Positions 52,401 to 64,000 of a DNA stretch of 64,000 bases are shown here, one piece after another. A program made the position numbers and the translations under genes. A model generated the notes under the pieces. It worked only from the letters and a program-made list of their open reading frames with translations. It made no database searches and had not been told where the DNA came from. Origin of the DNA: an uncultured Gammaproteobacteria bacterium (GTDB taxonomy: Bacteria > Pseudomonadota > Gammaproteobacteria > Arenicellales > JAANXG01). How positions within the stretch are numbered: the first letter of the stretch is position 1; each line of letters begins with the position of its first letter. The stretch lies in the NCBI GenBank assembly GCA_947258975.1, contig CAMYKK010000004.1, forward strand, positions 66,070 through 130,069. Direction: 5' to 3'.

Positions 52401-53400
52401 CGTGGTTCGTATTGAACGCCACGGCGAGCTGTTGTTCGAGGCTACGCGTACGGATCTGCATGGAGCTTGGTCAGAGACCACCTGGCAGATGCAGAGCATG
52501 CGGGATAACCCAGAGTGTGCGCAACAAGAGTACGACCGGATTCGAGATGCCGCTGATCCCGGCTTGCGGGCGGAATTGACGTTTAATCACGATGAGGAAT
52601 ACTCGCCTTTTGTTCACGCTGGCCAAGGTCCGCGAGTGGCAATATTAAGGGAGCAGGGCGTTAACGGACATATAGAGATGGCGGCCGCGTTCCACCACGC
52701 GGGGTTCACCGCCGTAGACGTCACTATGAGTGACTTGGTCGGCGGCGCGGTGTCACTGCAGGATTTCCGGGGTGTTGTCGCTTGTGGCGGATTTTCGTTC
52801 GGCGATGTGCTGGGGGCTGGCGAAGGGTGGGCAAAATCCGTGCTCTTCAATCACGCACTCCGCGACCAATTCCAGGCGTTCTTTCATCGCCCTGATACGT
52901 TTACCTTCGGGGTATGCAATGGGTGTCAGATGTTATCGAATCTGCGTGAACTGATTCCGGGGGCCGACCACTGGCCGCGGTTCGTGCGCAATCTATCCGC
53001 GCAATTCGAGGCCCGTTGGGTGATGGTGGAAGTCTTGGACAGTCCCTCTATTTTATTGGCGCAAATGCGGGGATCACGTATGCCTGTAGTGGTCGCCCAT
53101 GGTGAAGGACGTACCGAGTTCACGAGCACCGATCAGCGGCTGCGCGCGACCGGAAATGGCTTGGTGGCGTTGCGTTTCGTCACCAACGACGGTAAGGCTA
53201 CCGAGACCTATCCGTACAATCCCAACGGTTCCGCGAATGGCGTCACTGGCCTCACCTCGGCCGACGGTCGCGCCACCATCATGATGCCCCATCCAGAGCG
53301 AGTGATTCGGAACGTGAACAACACCTGGTTACGCGCCCCAGACGATGGGTACAGCCCGTGGATGCGGTTATTTCGCAATGCGCGGGCATGGATGGGTTAG
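49432..53400 (+). CDS. purL: phosphoribosylformylglycinamidine synthase (single-chain large PurL)
   Basis: 1322 aa with a GTG start, colinear with E. coli-type PurL, including the C-terminal GATase domain (GVCNGCQM). Confidence 0.96.
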   Translation: MNERSGNLATPVFSSHGVIRIRGARALSDFRREKLIADLRQHLASVVSIDAEYWHFISSARELTPAKLDVLTQLLNYGPRQQRVRPVGDLFLVVPRIGTISPWSTKATDIAHLCGLDAINRIERGVAWYVALNGNVDVPDALWEQLAARLHDPMTESVLPDFDASDKLFENSEPQPLSTVDVLTTGAVGLARANTELGLALSIDEIEYLAEEFTQLGRNPTDVELMMFAQVNSEHCRHKIFNADWIVDGERQTHSLFDMIRETHRANPRGTLIAYADNAAILEGSRVPRLFADPKSREYGFVEEPVHIVCKVETHNHPTAIAPFPGAATGAGGEIRDEGATGRGAKPKAGITGFSVSHLRLPGAPRPWEDDEYAPTRIASPLQIMLEGPVGGASFNNEFGRPNIGGYFRTFEQWIPVPGGRERRGYHKPIMLAGGLGNIRPGHVQKRDIPEQAHVIVLGGPAMLIGLGGGAASSVATGTSSEELDFASVQRSNAEMQRRCQEVIDQCWSMGDDNPIISIHDIGAGGLSNAVPELVHASDRGGHFQLRNVLNDDTGMTPMQIWCNEAQERYVIAVAAERLAEVESICERERCLYCVIGGAAEKQELVLKDEQFAAHGARYATPIDMDMRLLFANPPSMLRDVSRTAAVLPPFDTQTVQLDDAVDRVLRFPAVADKTFLVTIGDRSVTGLVCRDQMVGPWQVPVADVAVTAASYASLAGEAVAIGERTPLAIINPAASGRMAIAEALTNLAAARIRDLAEVKLSANWMAAAGHPGDDAALFDTVHAVGMELCQALGIAIPVGKDSMSMKTVWSENSGERIEVTAPVSLIVSAFAPVCDVRDTLTPVLTSADEPTELLLIDLGRGKNRMGGSALTQVYAQLGDVCPDVDDASQLRRLILAIQALNAAGLLLAYHDRSDGGLWTTLCEMAFAGRVGLCIALDGLAGDPVPILFNEELGVVLQVRTEDASQVRSILTEFELNELCHRLGEPLAEDVVRIERHGELLFEATRTDLHGAWSETTWQMQSMRDNPECAQQEYDRIRDAADPGLRAELTFNHDEEYSPFVHAGQGPRVAILREQGVNGHIEMAAAFHHAGFTAVDVTMSDLVGGAVSLQDFRGVVACGGFSFGDVLGAGEGWAKSVLFNHALRDQFQAFFHRPDTFTFGVCNGCQMLSNLRELIPGADHWPRFVRNLSAQFEARWVMVEVLDSPSILLAQMRGSRMPVVVAHGEGRTEFTSTDQRLRATGNGLVALRFVTNDGKATETYPYNPNGSANGVTGLTSADGRATIMMPHPERVIRNVNNTWLRAPDDGYSPWMRLFRNARAWMG

Positions 53401-53855
53401 TGTGGGGCCATGAATGGGTATGTGACGTGGCGGTGAGCAGATTCAGTTGGGGTAATTATCTATTACGCCTCATCGGCGCCGTGTCACTGGTGTTTCTTAC
53501 CTACAATCCGGAGCAGATTTCATTCTATCATTGGGTGCGGCCGGTGATGTCGGACTTCGGCGGTTTTGAAGTGTTGATGGCGTTTGCCGGTGTGGTGTTA
53601 TTGATCGGTTGGGCGATATACCTGCGTGCCACGATGCGCTCCTTGGGCGCCTTCGGCATGTTCCTGGCGGTGGCGTTTTTCGCCACCTTGATCTGGGTGT
53701 TGATCACCTATACGCCGCTTCCCCAAGATAGCCCGAAAGTAGTGGTATATCTGATCCTGGCCGGCGCGGCGGGGATACTGTCCGTGGGAATTTCGTGGTC
53801 CCACGTGCGCCGGAGGCTCACGGGCCAACTGGATGTAGACGAAACCGACGATTAG
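53400..53855 (+). CDS. hypothetical inner-membrane protein (about 4 TM)
   Basis: Hydrophobic segments LIGAVSLVFLTY, VLMAFAGVVLLIGWAIYL, FLAVAFFATLIWVLI, VVYLILAGAAGILSV. The start is uncertain (53358-53440). Confidence 0.5.
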   Translation: MWGHEWVCDVAVSRFSWGNYLLRLIGAVSLVFLTYNPEQISFYHWVRPVMSDFGGFEVLMAFAGVVLLIGWAIYLRATMRSLGAFGMFLAVAFFATLIWVLITYTPLPQDSPKVVVYLILAGAAGILSVGISWSHVRRRLTGQLDVDETDD

Positions 53856-53858
53856 CCA

Positions 53859-54653
53859 ATGCACCAATATCTCGATCTCATGCGCCATGTGCGCGCTCAC
53901 GGCACCCGCAAGGCAGATCGCACCGGCACCGGGACCCTGAGTGTATTCGGATACCAGATGCGGTTCGATCTGTCGGCGGGGTTTCCGGTGGTGACCACCA
54001 AAAAACTGCATCTGCGATCGATTATCCACGAATTGTTGTGGTTCTTGCGGGGCGACACGAACATTCAGTATCTGCACGATAACGGGGTAACGATTTGGGA
54101 CGAATGGGCGGATGAAGGCGGTGAACTGGGTCCGATTTACGGATATCAGTGGCGTTCCTGGCCGGCGCCTGATGGTGGACACATTGATCAGATCAGTCGC
54201 GCCGTCGAACATATCATGACCTCGCCGGATTCCCGCCGCATCATAGTCAGCGCGTGGAACGTTGGTGAGATCGAGAATATGGCGCTGCCGCCGTGTCATG
54301 CCTTTTTCCAGTTCTATGTGGCTGGCGGACGGCTGTCGTGCCAGCTGTATCAGCGCAGCGCCGATATCTTCTTGGGAGTTCCTTTCAACATTGCCTCCTA
54401 TTCGTTGTTGACGATGATGATGGCACAGGTGACCGGATTGCTACCCGGAGAGTTTGTGCACACGTTCGGCGATGCCCACCTGTATCTCAATCACCTCGAG
54501 CAGACCGATTTGCAAATCTCGCGCGAGCCCTATCCAATGCCAACCATGAACATCAATCCGCAGGTGTCAAATATCTTTGATTTCCGATACCAGGATTTTG
54601 CGCTGCAAGGGTACCAATGCCATCCACACATCAAGGCGCCGATAGCGGTTTGA
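53859..54653 (+). CDS. thyA: thymidylate synthase
   Basis: 264 aa. [39 protein letters not shown] (catalytic Cys). Confidence 0.97.
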   Translation: MHQYLDLMRHVRAHGTRKADRTGTGTLSVFGYQMRFDLSAGFPVVTTKKLHLRSIIHELLWFLRGDTNIQYLHDNGVTIWDEWADEGGELGPIYGYQWRSWPAPDGGHIDQISRAVEHIMTSPDSRRIIVSAWNVGEIENMALPPCHAFFQFYVAGGRLSCQLYQRSADIFLGVPFNIASYSLLTMMMAQVTGLLPGEFVHTFGDAHLYLNHLEQTDLQISREPYPMPTMNINPQVSNIFDFRYQDFALQGYQCHPHIKAPIAV

Positions 54654-54674
54654 GTCGGGATCGAGGGGAACTCT

Positions 54675-55187
54675 ATGCAGCTCTCGATTGTTGTCGCCAT
54701 GGATCGTCATCGGCTCATCGGCCGGGACAATCGGCTACCATGGCATCTGTCCGCCGATCTCAAGCATTTTCGGCAGATCACAATGGGTAAGCCGATCGTC
54801 ATGGGACGCAAGACGCACGAATCTATCGGCAAACCCCTCGCCGGGCGGACCAACATCGTGGTCACCGGGAATCCCGCCTACCCGGCACCGGGATGTGTCG
54901 TCGTACAGTCTTTGCCAGCGGCGATCAATGCCGCCCAAGATGCGGATGAGGTCATGATTATCGGTGGGGCGAGGCTTTATCAGCAGGCGCTGCCCCTGGC
55001 TCATCGCATCTATCTCACACAGGTGCAGGCGGCGTTTGTTGGCGATACCTGGTTCCCGCTCATCGATTGGGATGCGTGGCAGGAAAAACAGCGTGTTAAG
55101 CATGAAGCCGACGACAAAAATCCTTATCCTTATGAATTTGTGCTGTTGGACAGGAAAATGAGGTGTCAATCAGAAAATGGCAACTGA
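54675..55187 (+). CDS. folA: dihydrofolate reductase
   Basis: 170 aa. IVAMDRHRLIGRDNRLPWHLSADLKHFRQITMGKPIVMGRKT. Confidence 0.92.
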   Translation: MQLSIVVAMDRHRLIGRDNRLPWHLSADLKHFRQITMGKPIVMGRKTHESIGKPLAGRTNIVVTGNPAYPAPGCVVVQSLPAAINAAQDADEVMIIGGARLYQQALPLAHRIYLTQVQAAFVGDTWFPLIDWDAWQEKQRVKHEADDKNPYPYEFVLLDRKMRCQSENGN

Positions 55188-56268
55188 CGCACGGCTGACA
55201 ATTCGCGAAATCGGCGCGCGCGCCGTCAACGTGCCGCTGGCAAATCCATTACCGACCAGCAGCGGCACTATCACCACGGTGCCCCTGGTGTTGGTGGATA
55301 TTGCCACCGCGGAGGGCGTTAATGGCTGTGCCTACATCTTCTGTTATACAGCGGCTGCCCTGCGGCCGGTTACGCAGCTGGTGCGCGGCCTGAGAGAGAT
55401 ACTCCAGGGCGATGCGATGGTGCCGGCGTCAATCGCGCGCAAGCTGCAAGGGAGCTTCAGATTGCTCGGGCCGCAGGGGCTAACCGGCATGGCGATGGCT
55501 GGTGTGGACATGGCGGCCTGGGACGCCTTGGCAAAAGCCGTGGGCGTGCCGCTGGTGCGCTTGTTGGGCGGCGAACCACGGCCGATCCCGGCCTATGCCA
55601 GCTATTTCATGAACGGCGTAGCCGGTGCGGAACAGGACGCGGAAGACGCGCTCGCGGCGGGATTCAAGGCGCTCAAGATCAAGATCGGTTATCCGGACCT
55701 GGCGACCGATATCCAGGCCATACGCGAGGTACGCCGGGTGAGCGGCGATGATGTCGTGCTGATGGTGGATTACAACCAATGCCTCACCGTACCGGAGGCA
55801 ATCACCAGGGCCCGGGCGCTGGATGACGAGGGTGTCTACTGGATAGAAGAACCGACCATCGCGGATGATTTTGCCGGTCATGCGATGATCGCCCGCGAGG
55901 CCGCAACCGCCATTCAGATCGGTGAGAACTGGTGGGGACCCCATGATATGGCAAAGAGCATCGCCGCCGGGGCGTCGGACTTGGCGATGCCAGACGTGAT
56001 GAAGATCGGCGGAGTAACCGGTTGGATGCGTGCCGCAGCGCTGGCTGAAACCTCGGGTTTACCGGTGTCGAGTCATATATTCCAAGAGATCAGCGCGCAG
56101 CTGCTTGCCGTGACCCCAACCTGCGATTGGCTGGAGTACATGGACTTGGCGGCACCTATCCTGCAACAACCGCTGGTGTTGGAGAACGGCTGTGTGGTGG
56201 CGTCCGATGAACCCGGCATAGGCCTGAGCTGGGACGAGAGCGCGGTAACGAAATATCTGCAGGAATGA
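55177..56268 (+). CDS. enolase-superfamily enzyme (mandelate racemase/muconate lactonizing enzyme family)
   Basis: 363 aa. KIKIG...LMVDYNQ...IEEP metal-ligand spacing typical of the MR/MLE family. 11-nt overlap with folA. Confidence 0.8.
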   Translation: MATDARLTIREIGARAVNVPLANPLPTSSGTITTVPLVLVDIATAEGVNGCAYIFCYTAAALRPVTQLVRGLREILQGDAMVPASIARKLQGSFRLLGPQGLTGMAMAGVDMAAWDALAKAVGVPLVRLLGGEPRPIPAYASYFMNGVAGAEQDAEDALAAGFKALKIKIGYPDLATDIQAIREVRRVSGDDVVLMVDYNQCLTVPEAITRARALDDEGVYWIEEPTIADDFAGHAMIAREAATAIQIGENWWGPHDMAKSIAAGASDLAMPDVMKIGGVTGWMRAAALAETSGLPVSSHIFQEISAQLLAVTPTCDWLEYMDLAAPILQQPLVLENGCVVASDEPGIGLSWDESAVTKYLQE

Positions 56269-56349
56269 GTATCAGGCGTTAAGACGATCGAACACGTCCA
56301 GTGCGGTAATTGCGTTGGCGCGTTTTGCTATGCATAAGAGCCGCGAACG

Positions 56350-58200
56350 CTAACCGGCTTTGTCAACCATCCTGATCTCTACGGACTCGCCGATCTGTTC
56401 CGCTTCTTGTTCCAGTTCGCGCTGCTCTTGTTGCAGCGCCCACATTTCGGCGTAGCGTCCCTTGGCCGCGAGCAGTTCGCGGTGTGCGCCGCGTTCGGTT
56501 ATGCGGCCATGGTGGAGCACCAGGATCTGGTCGGCGTCGATTACGGTGGACAAACGATGCGCGATTACCAATGTGGTGCGATTGGCCGCGACTTGCTTCA
56601 ATGCGGACTGGATCGCCTGCTCGGACTTGGAGTCCAGCTGTGAGGTGGCTTCATCGAGAATCAATATCGGCGGGTCCTTCAAGATGGTGCGCGCGATGGC
56701 GATGCGCTGTTTCTCGCCGCCCGACAACTTCAGTCCACGCTCACCGACAACTGTGTCATATCCTTGCGGCAACGCGGCAATGAATTTATGCAGGTTGGCA
56801 AGGCGCGCCGCGCGTTGGATCTCTGCCCGGCCGGCGTGTGGCTGCCCGTAGCGGATGTTGTACTCGATGGTATCGTTGAATAAGACGGTATCCTGCGGGA
56901 CGATGCCGATCGCGGCGCGCAAGCTCGCGAGCGTTACGTCACGAATATCCTGGCCGTCGATGGTGATTGTGCCGTCGCTGACGTCATAGAAGCGGAACAG
57001 CAACCTGGCTAGCGTGGACTTGCCGGCGCCGCTGCTGCCGACTACCGCTACCTTATGACCTGCGGGTATCTCAAAACTAATATCGTGTAGGATCGGGCGA
57101 TCCGACTGGTAATGGAACTTGACGTTGTGAAACGCGACTTGACGCCGGGTAATGGCGAGGGGCACGGCCGACGATTTGTCTTCGATCTCCGCGTCCACTT
57201 CCAGCAGGCTGAACATCTTCTCCATGTCGGTGAGCGAGTGTTTGACTTCGCGGAAAATGGTGCCTAGAAAATTCAAGGGGATATAGAGCTGAATCAAAAA
57301 CGCGTTGACCATGACGAAATCGCCAAGCGTCATGGTGCCGGTAGCAACTCCGTGTGCCGCCATGATCATCAATACAGTAATACCGATACCGATAATCACA
57401 CCTTGACCGATGTTTAACAGCGCAAGCGATACCTGGCTTTTTATCGACGCCTTTTCCCAGCTGTGCATTTCCTTGTCGTAGCGCTGCGCCTCGTATTCCT
57501 CATTGCCAAAGTATTTGACCGTCTCATAATTAATCAGAGAATCGATCGCCGTAGTGTTCGCTCGCGAATCAGCGGTGTTCATCTGCACGCGAAACGTAAT
57601 CCGCCATTCGGTGACTTGGTACGTGTAGAGAAAATACAAACTGACGGTGACGATCGTCACCACGGAAAACCAGATATCGAAATTGACCAGCAAGATCGCG
57701 CATACCACGACGATCTCGAACGCGGTGGGCAAGATACTGAAGATCAGGAAGTGCAACAATTGGGTTATGCTACGGCTGCCGCGCTCAATGTCCCGCGATA
57801 TACCCCCGGTTTGCCGGTCCAGATGAAAACGCAACGCCAACTCGTGGAGATGTCTGAACACCTTAAGCGCGATCCTACGCGTTGAGCGTTGCGATGCCTT
57901 GGCGAATACCGCGTTGCGAAGCTCCTGAAACAGCGAAGTGCTGAAACGGAGCAAACCATAGGCGATCAACAAGAACAGCGGAACGGTGATGATCTGGGCT
58001 GTCGATTTGGTGACGTCCAAACCGTCCACAATCAGTTTCAACGCCACCGGCACGCCGATGTTGGCCAGCTTGGCGAGCGCCAGAAACAGTAATGCCAGCC
58101 CAATGCGGCCGCGGTAGTCCGACAGATATGGAAACAGTGTCCTTATCGTCTTCCAATCATTCCGGTTTTCTGCGGGTAATTCCGTGCGGTCGGTGCGCAT
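56350..58200 (-). CDS. ABC transporter, fused permease/ATPase (ABCB, ATM1/HMT1-like exporter)
   Basis: 616 aa. Six-TM N-domain, Walker A GSSGAGKST, signature LSGGEKQRIAIAR, Walker B ILILDEATS. Confidence 0.88.
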   Translation of the reverse strand: MRTDRTELPAENRNDWKTIRTLFPYLSDYRGRIGLALLFLALAKLANIGVPVALKLIVDGLDVTKSTAQIITVPLFLLIAYGLLRFSTSLFQELRNAVFAKASQRSTRRIALKVFRHLHELALRFHLDRQTGGISRDIERGSRSITQLLHFLIFSILPTAFEIVVVCAILLVNFDIWFSVVTIVTVSLYFLYTYQVTEWRITFRVQMNTADSRANTTAIDSLINYETVKYFGNEEYEAQRYDKEMHSWEKASIKSQVSLALLNIGQGVIIGIGITVLMIMAAHGVATGTMTLGDFVMVNAFLIQLYIPLNFLGTIFREVKHSLTDMEKMFSLLEVDAEIEDKSSAVPLAITRRQVAFHNVKFHYQSDRPILHDISFEIPAGHKVAVVGSSGAGKSTLARLLFRFYDVSDGTITIDGQDIRDVTLASLRAAIGIVPQDTVLFNDTIEYNIRYGQPHAGRAEIQRAARLANLHKFIAALPQGYDTVVGERGLKLSGGEKQRIAIARTILKDPPILILDEATSQLDSKSEQAIQSALKQVAANRTTLVIAHRLSTVIDADQILVLHHGRITERGAHRELLAAKGRYAEMWALQQEQRELEQEAEQIGESVEIRMVDKAG

Positions 58201-58340
58201 GTCATATTAATTCGCTGCGGGGCGCATAGCATACCGGATAAACTTGCCGCATGAATCCCACGGAAGTGCGGCGCGCACGGTCACGAAACATGATACCGCC
58301 CACGCCCTTCCGAGCGCGACAACGCCGGTACGGCGACTTG

Positions 58341-59528
58341 TTACATCCTCTCGAAGATCGCCGCGATGCCCTGGCCGCCGCCTATGCACATTGACACCAA
58401 TGCGTAGCGCCCGCCGGTACGTTGCAACTCATACACCGCCTTGACGGTAAGGATGCAGCCGGTGGCGCCGATGGGATGACCCAGCGAGATGCCGCTGCCG
58501 TTGGGGTTGGTCTTGTCCGCCGGCAACCCGAGGTCGCGCACCACGGCCAGGGCCTGTGCGGCAAACGCTTCATTGAGTTCGATCACATCCATGTCATCGA
58601 CGCCGAGCCCGGCTTTGTCCATGACGATTCGTATCGCCGGTACCGGGCCGATGCCCATGTACTTGGGTTCGACGCCGGCGTGAGAATAGGCCACCAGACG
58701 CGCCATCGGTTGAAGACCGGCCTGGTCCGCCGATTCCGCAGCCATCAACACTACCGCCGCCGCCGCGTCATTGATGCCCGATGCATTGCCGGCGGTGACC
58801 GAGCCGTCTTTCTGGAATACCGTACGGAGCTTTGCCATGCCTTCTATGGTTGCGTCCGCGCGTATGTGCTCGTCCTGCGCAAACATGGTGCTGCCCTTGC
58901 GGGATTTGATCTCCACCGGCAGGATCTGCTCGTTGAAATATCCGTTTTGTGTTGCATTGGCGGCGCGTTGATGACTCTCCACCGCCAGGGCGTCTTGATC
59001 TTCGCGGCTGATGTTCCACTTGGCGGCGACGTTCTCCGCGGTGATGCCCATGTGGCAGGAAGCGAACGGATCGGTCAGTGCGCCTACCATGGCGTCAACG
59101 GTGGCGCCGTCACCCATGCGCTGCCCCCAGCGCATTGCCGGCACGTGATAGGGCGCGCGGCTCATGGATTCGGCCCCGCCCGCCACCGCGGCATCGGCGT
59201 CACCCAATTGAATGGTCTGGGCGGCGCTGATTACGGCCTGCAGGCCGCTACCGCATAAGCGGTTCAAGGTGAACGCGGGGGTCTCCACCGGCAGGCCGCC
59301 CTCGATGCCCGCATACCGGGACAAGTACATATCTTTGGTTTCGGTGTGAATCACGTTGCCGAATACACAGTGGCCGATTTGCTCCGGTGCCGCCCCGGAC
59401 CGGGAGACCGACTCGCGCACCACCATGGCGCCCAATTGCTTCGGGGCGAAGTCCTTCAGGGAACCACCATAATCACCAATGGCGGTGCGCACTGCGCTCA
59501 ACACTACGACGTCTCGACGTTCTGACAT
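58341..59528 (-). CDS. acetyl-CoA C-acetyltransferase (thiolase II)
   Basis: 395 aa. NRLCGSGLQAV (active Cys), NEAFAAQ, GHPIGATG, CIGGGQGIAAIFE. Confidence 0.92.
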   Translation of the reverse strand: MSERRDVVVLSAVRTAIGDYGGSLKDFAPKQLGAMVVRESVSRSGAAPEQIGHCVFGNVIHTETKDMYLSRYAGIEGGLPVETPAFTLNRLCGSGLQAVISAAQTIQLGDADAAVAGGAESMSRAPYHVPAMRWGQRMGDGATVDAMVGALTDPFASCHMGITAENVAAKWNISREDQDALAVESHQRAANATQNGYFNEQILPVEIKSRKGSTMFAQDEHIRADATIEGMAKLRTVFQKDGSVTAGNASGINDAAAAVVLMAAESADQAGLQPMARLVAYSHAGVEPKYMGIGPVPAIRIVMDKAGLGVDDMDVIELNEAFAAQALAVVRDLGLPADKTNPNGSGISLGHPIGATGCILTVKAVYELQRTGGRYALVSMCIGGGQGIAAIFERM

Positions 59529-59601
59529 ATTTTCTCCTCCAAAATGATATGTATTGGCCGGCCAACAAAATCCTGCGGTCGTCCAACGCGGGTAGTCAAT
59601 G

Positions 59602-62271
<2,670 letters not shown>

Positions 62272-62408
62272 GGCCGGCGGGATGTCTTTTGTTTTGTTAC
62301 CGAGGATTGCAGCCACGCTACTGAAATCCAAGTAGCGGCGCAAGAGCGCGGTTTCGCCGCGACGCACGGGCCATGCGTATAATGATTCGGTTCAACCATG
62401 ATATGCCC

Positions 62409-63182
62409 ATGACCATATTACACCACACCGAGTTTGGAGACGGCGAGCCGCTGGTGCTGCTGCATGGTTTATTCGGCGCCGGCACGAATCTTCGCGGCCT
62501 CGCCAAGCGTCTGGCGGGCTCGCATCGCGTGATCCTGGCCGATTTGCGCAATCACGGCCGCTCGCCGCACGCGCCGGGCATGACCTATACGGATATGGCC
62601 GAGGACTTGAACGCGATGTTGGCGTATCTCAGCGTCGATCACGCCGATTTTGTCGGTCACAGCATGGGCGGTAAGGCCGCCATGGTGCTGGCACTCACGC
62701 GGGCGCAACGTGTGCGCAGGTTGGTGGTGATCGATGTGGCGCCCGTCGTCTATGCGCACAGCCATGCGCCGCTGATCGGCGCCCTGAGGGGGGTGGCGTT
62801 GTCGCGCTTGCGGACCCGCGGTGACGCCGACGCGGCGTTGACGGTAGCGGTGCCGGACCAAGCCACCCGCATGTTCTTGCTGCAGAATCTCGTTTCCGAG
62901 GGCGGGCGGTATCGCTGGCGGCTCAACCTGGATGCCCTGGAGCGTGACATGGACGCGATTTTGGGGTTCCCGCAGTTGCCGCAGCATCGTTTTCAAGGCC
63001 CCACCTTGTTCGTCGCCGGCGATCAGTCCGATTATGTGCGTGCTGAACACAAGGCGCGTATCCTCGATTTCTTCCCCAAAGCGGATATCAAATGGATCCC
63101 CGGCGCCGGTCACTGGGTGCACGTAGACCAGCCCCAGGCCTTGGTGGAAACGGTGCAGGATTTTTTGACGCCGACTACTTGA
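62409..63182 (+). CDS. alpha/beta hydrolase (YbfF-like esterase)
   Basis: LVLLHGLFG, nucleophile elbow GHSMGG, C-terminal GAGHWVH. Confidence 0.8.
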   Translation: MTILHHTEFGDGEPLVLLHGLFGAGTNLRGLAKRLAGSHRVILADLRNHGRSPHAPGMTYTDMAEDLNAMLAYLSVDHADFVGHSMGGKAAMVLALTRAQRVRRLVVIDVAPVVYAHSHAPLIGALRGVALSRLRTRGDADAALTVAVPDQATRMFLLQNLVSEGGRYRWRLNLDALERDMDAILGFPQLPQHRFQGPTLFVAGDQSDYVRAEHKARILDFFPKADIKWIPGAGHWVHVDQPQALVETVQDFLTPTT

Positions 63183-63954
63183 CTATCCGGATGATCAAGC
63201 CGTCGGTGATCCATTGCTTGAGCAGCCCCGCGGCGTGTAACGCGACGTCCGCCTCGCCTATCGACTGACACAGCCCTTCGCATAGGGTGGCGAAGTTGGC
63301 ACCGCTTCGCGCCTGATCCAGCATCCGCGCCTCGTCGGCAGACAACGAGCGATAAAACTGCCGCCGTTGCGTGCGCCAGATTATCCACGGTACCAGCCGA
63401 TCGCCCCGCTGGGGCGCAGGGGGGTCGCGGTCCTCGTCCGTTGCACTTCGCATCGCGGCCACGTTCCACGCCAGTTGCAGGCGTTGCAGCGAGGGATGCA
63501 GCGCGAAGGTCAAGTTCGGCCACTGGTCCGGCGGTATGGCGGCCATGTCTTCGATCGTCACCGGGGCGGCGTCGCGCGCGTCGAACGCCTCCATGAGCTT
63601 CCATTCGAAGGTGGCCAACTCGGCGAGGTAGGGATGTTCACAATAAGGCGCCGTGCCGACAACATACGCAGCCAGCGTTTGCCCGTACCAGCGCACGGAA
63701 TAGTGATGGGGCGTATGGGTATCGATATAGCTGCGGCATAAACGGTCAAACTGATCATCGCCAAGCATGGTGTTTAGCGCGCTGTAACTGTCACGCAAGC
63801 ACTCAATGAGGCGCAGCCGATACGCGTCGGCATAGATGCCGATGCGCCGCTTGGCGCTCACTCGCTTGGTGGCCAGTATCTTATCGTCGAACTCGTCGTC
63901 CAGCGTCAAAATGGCCCGTTGGAACTGCGATTGCAGGGACGCGATGCGATTCAC
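63175..63954 (-). CDS. DUF2063-domain protein (HvfC/BufC-type partner of DUF692/MNIO peptide-modifying enzymes)
   Basis: 259 aa with a GTG start overlapping the upstream stop (GTGA). N-terminal LQSQFQRAIL...RIGIYADAYRLRLIECLRDSYSAL...SYIDTHTPHHYS pattern of DUF2063, as recalled. Confidence 0.7.
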   Translation of the reverse strand: MNRIASLQSQFQRAILTLDDEFDDKILATKRVSAKRRIGIYADAYRLRLIECLRDSYSALNTMLGDDQFDRLCRSYIDTHTPHHYSVRWYGQTLAAYVVGTAPYCEHPYLAELATFEWKLMEAFDARDAAPVTIEDMAAIPPDQWPNLTFALHPSLQRLQLAWNVAAMRSATDEDRDPPAPQRGDRLVPWIIWRTQRRQFYRSLSADEARMLDQARSGANFATLCEGLCQSIGEADVALHAAGLLKQWITDGLIIRIVK

Positions 63955-64000
63955 GCTGCGACCTCCTTGAGGATGGGTTGCGCGATACTGCGGGCCCGGT
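63951..64000 (-). CDS. 3' end of an upstream co-transcribed gene (expected DUF692/MNIO enzyme), truncated by the window edge
   Basis: Open frame ...RARSIAQPILKEVAA* ends in a TGA that overlaps the GTG of the DUF2063 gene. Identity is inferred only from the usual DUF692-DUF2063 pairing. Confidence 0.3.
   Translation of the reverse strand, partial: RARSIAQPILKEVAA

Noticed and set aside
53598-54299. 233-aa minus-strand ORF
   Set aside because: Antisense to thyA and the preceding membrane-protein gene.
58422-59258. 278-aa plus-strand ORF
   Set aside because: Antisense shadow of the thiolase gene, with Arg/Gly/His-rich low-complexity translation.
62469-63122. 217-aa minus-strand ORF
   Set aside because: Antisense to the YbfF-like hydrolase, which has the GHSMGG elbow.

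Overview
This 64-kb chromosomal segment looks gammaproteobacterial and moderately GC-rich, judged from protein similarity recalled from memory; no database search was possible. Most of it is housekeeping. On the minus strand: xseB-ispA-dxs, folE2, gltA-sucA-sucB-lpdA, algC-type phosphomannomutase, dut-coaBC, prk, ppc and a thiolase. On the plus strand: parE-parC, radC-rpmB-rpmG, dapA-bamC-purC-purL and thyA-folA. I found no rRNA, tRNA or CRISPR array.

The accessory or unusual parts are:
1. A decayed chromosomal integron at about 840-5000. It has an intI pseudogene with an internal deletion, an attI-like region, at least one well-formed attC, and 5-6 small unrelated co-oriented cassette genes in visibly AT-richer DNA. 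One cassette carries an orphan encapsulated-ferritin-like gene.
2. A four-gene lipid/acyl-CoA operon at 5092-10212, led by an 806-aa acyltransferase / unknown / alpha-beta-hydrolase fusion.
3. A rubrerythrin / CCG Fe-S protein / DUF3501 cluster behind a near-consensus sigma70 promoter that is overlapped by a Fur-family-type 7-1-7 palindrome.
4. A roughly 320-nt structured, terminator-capped non-coding stretch at 19894-20213.
5. A desaturase gene truncated at a sharp breakpoint, followed by a roughly 550-bp GC-rich orphan segment (45897-47089).
6. A small conserved gene carrying two inactivating lesions (10220-10749).
7. The tail of a DUF692/DUF2063 (MNIO, bufferin-type) peptide-modification cluster at the right edge.

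No clearly new multi-gene system can be demonstrated from sequence alone. The integron cassettes, the fusion-enzyme operon and the orphan GC-rich segment are the best places to look.
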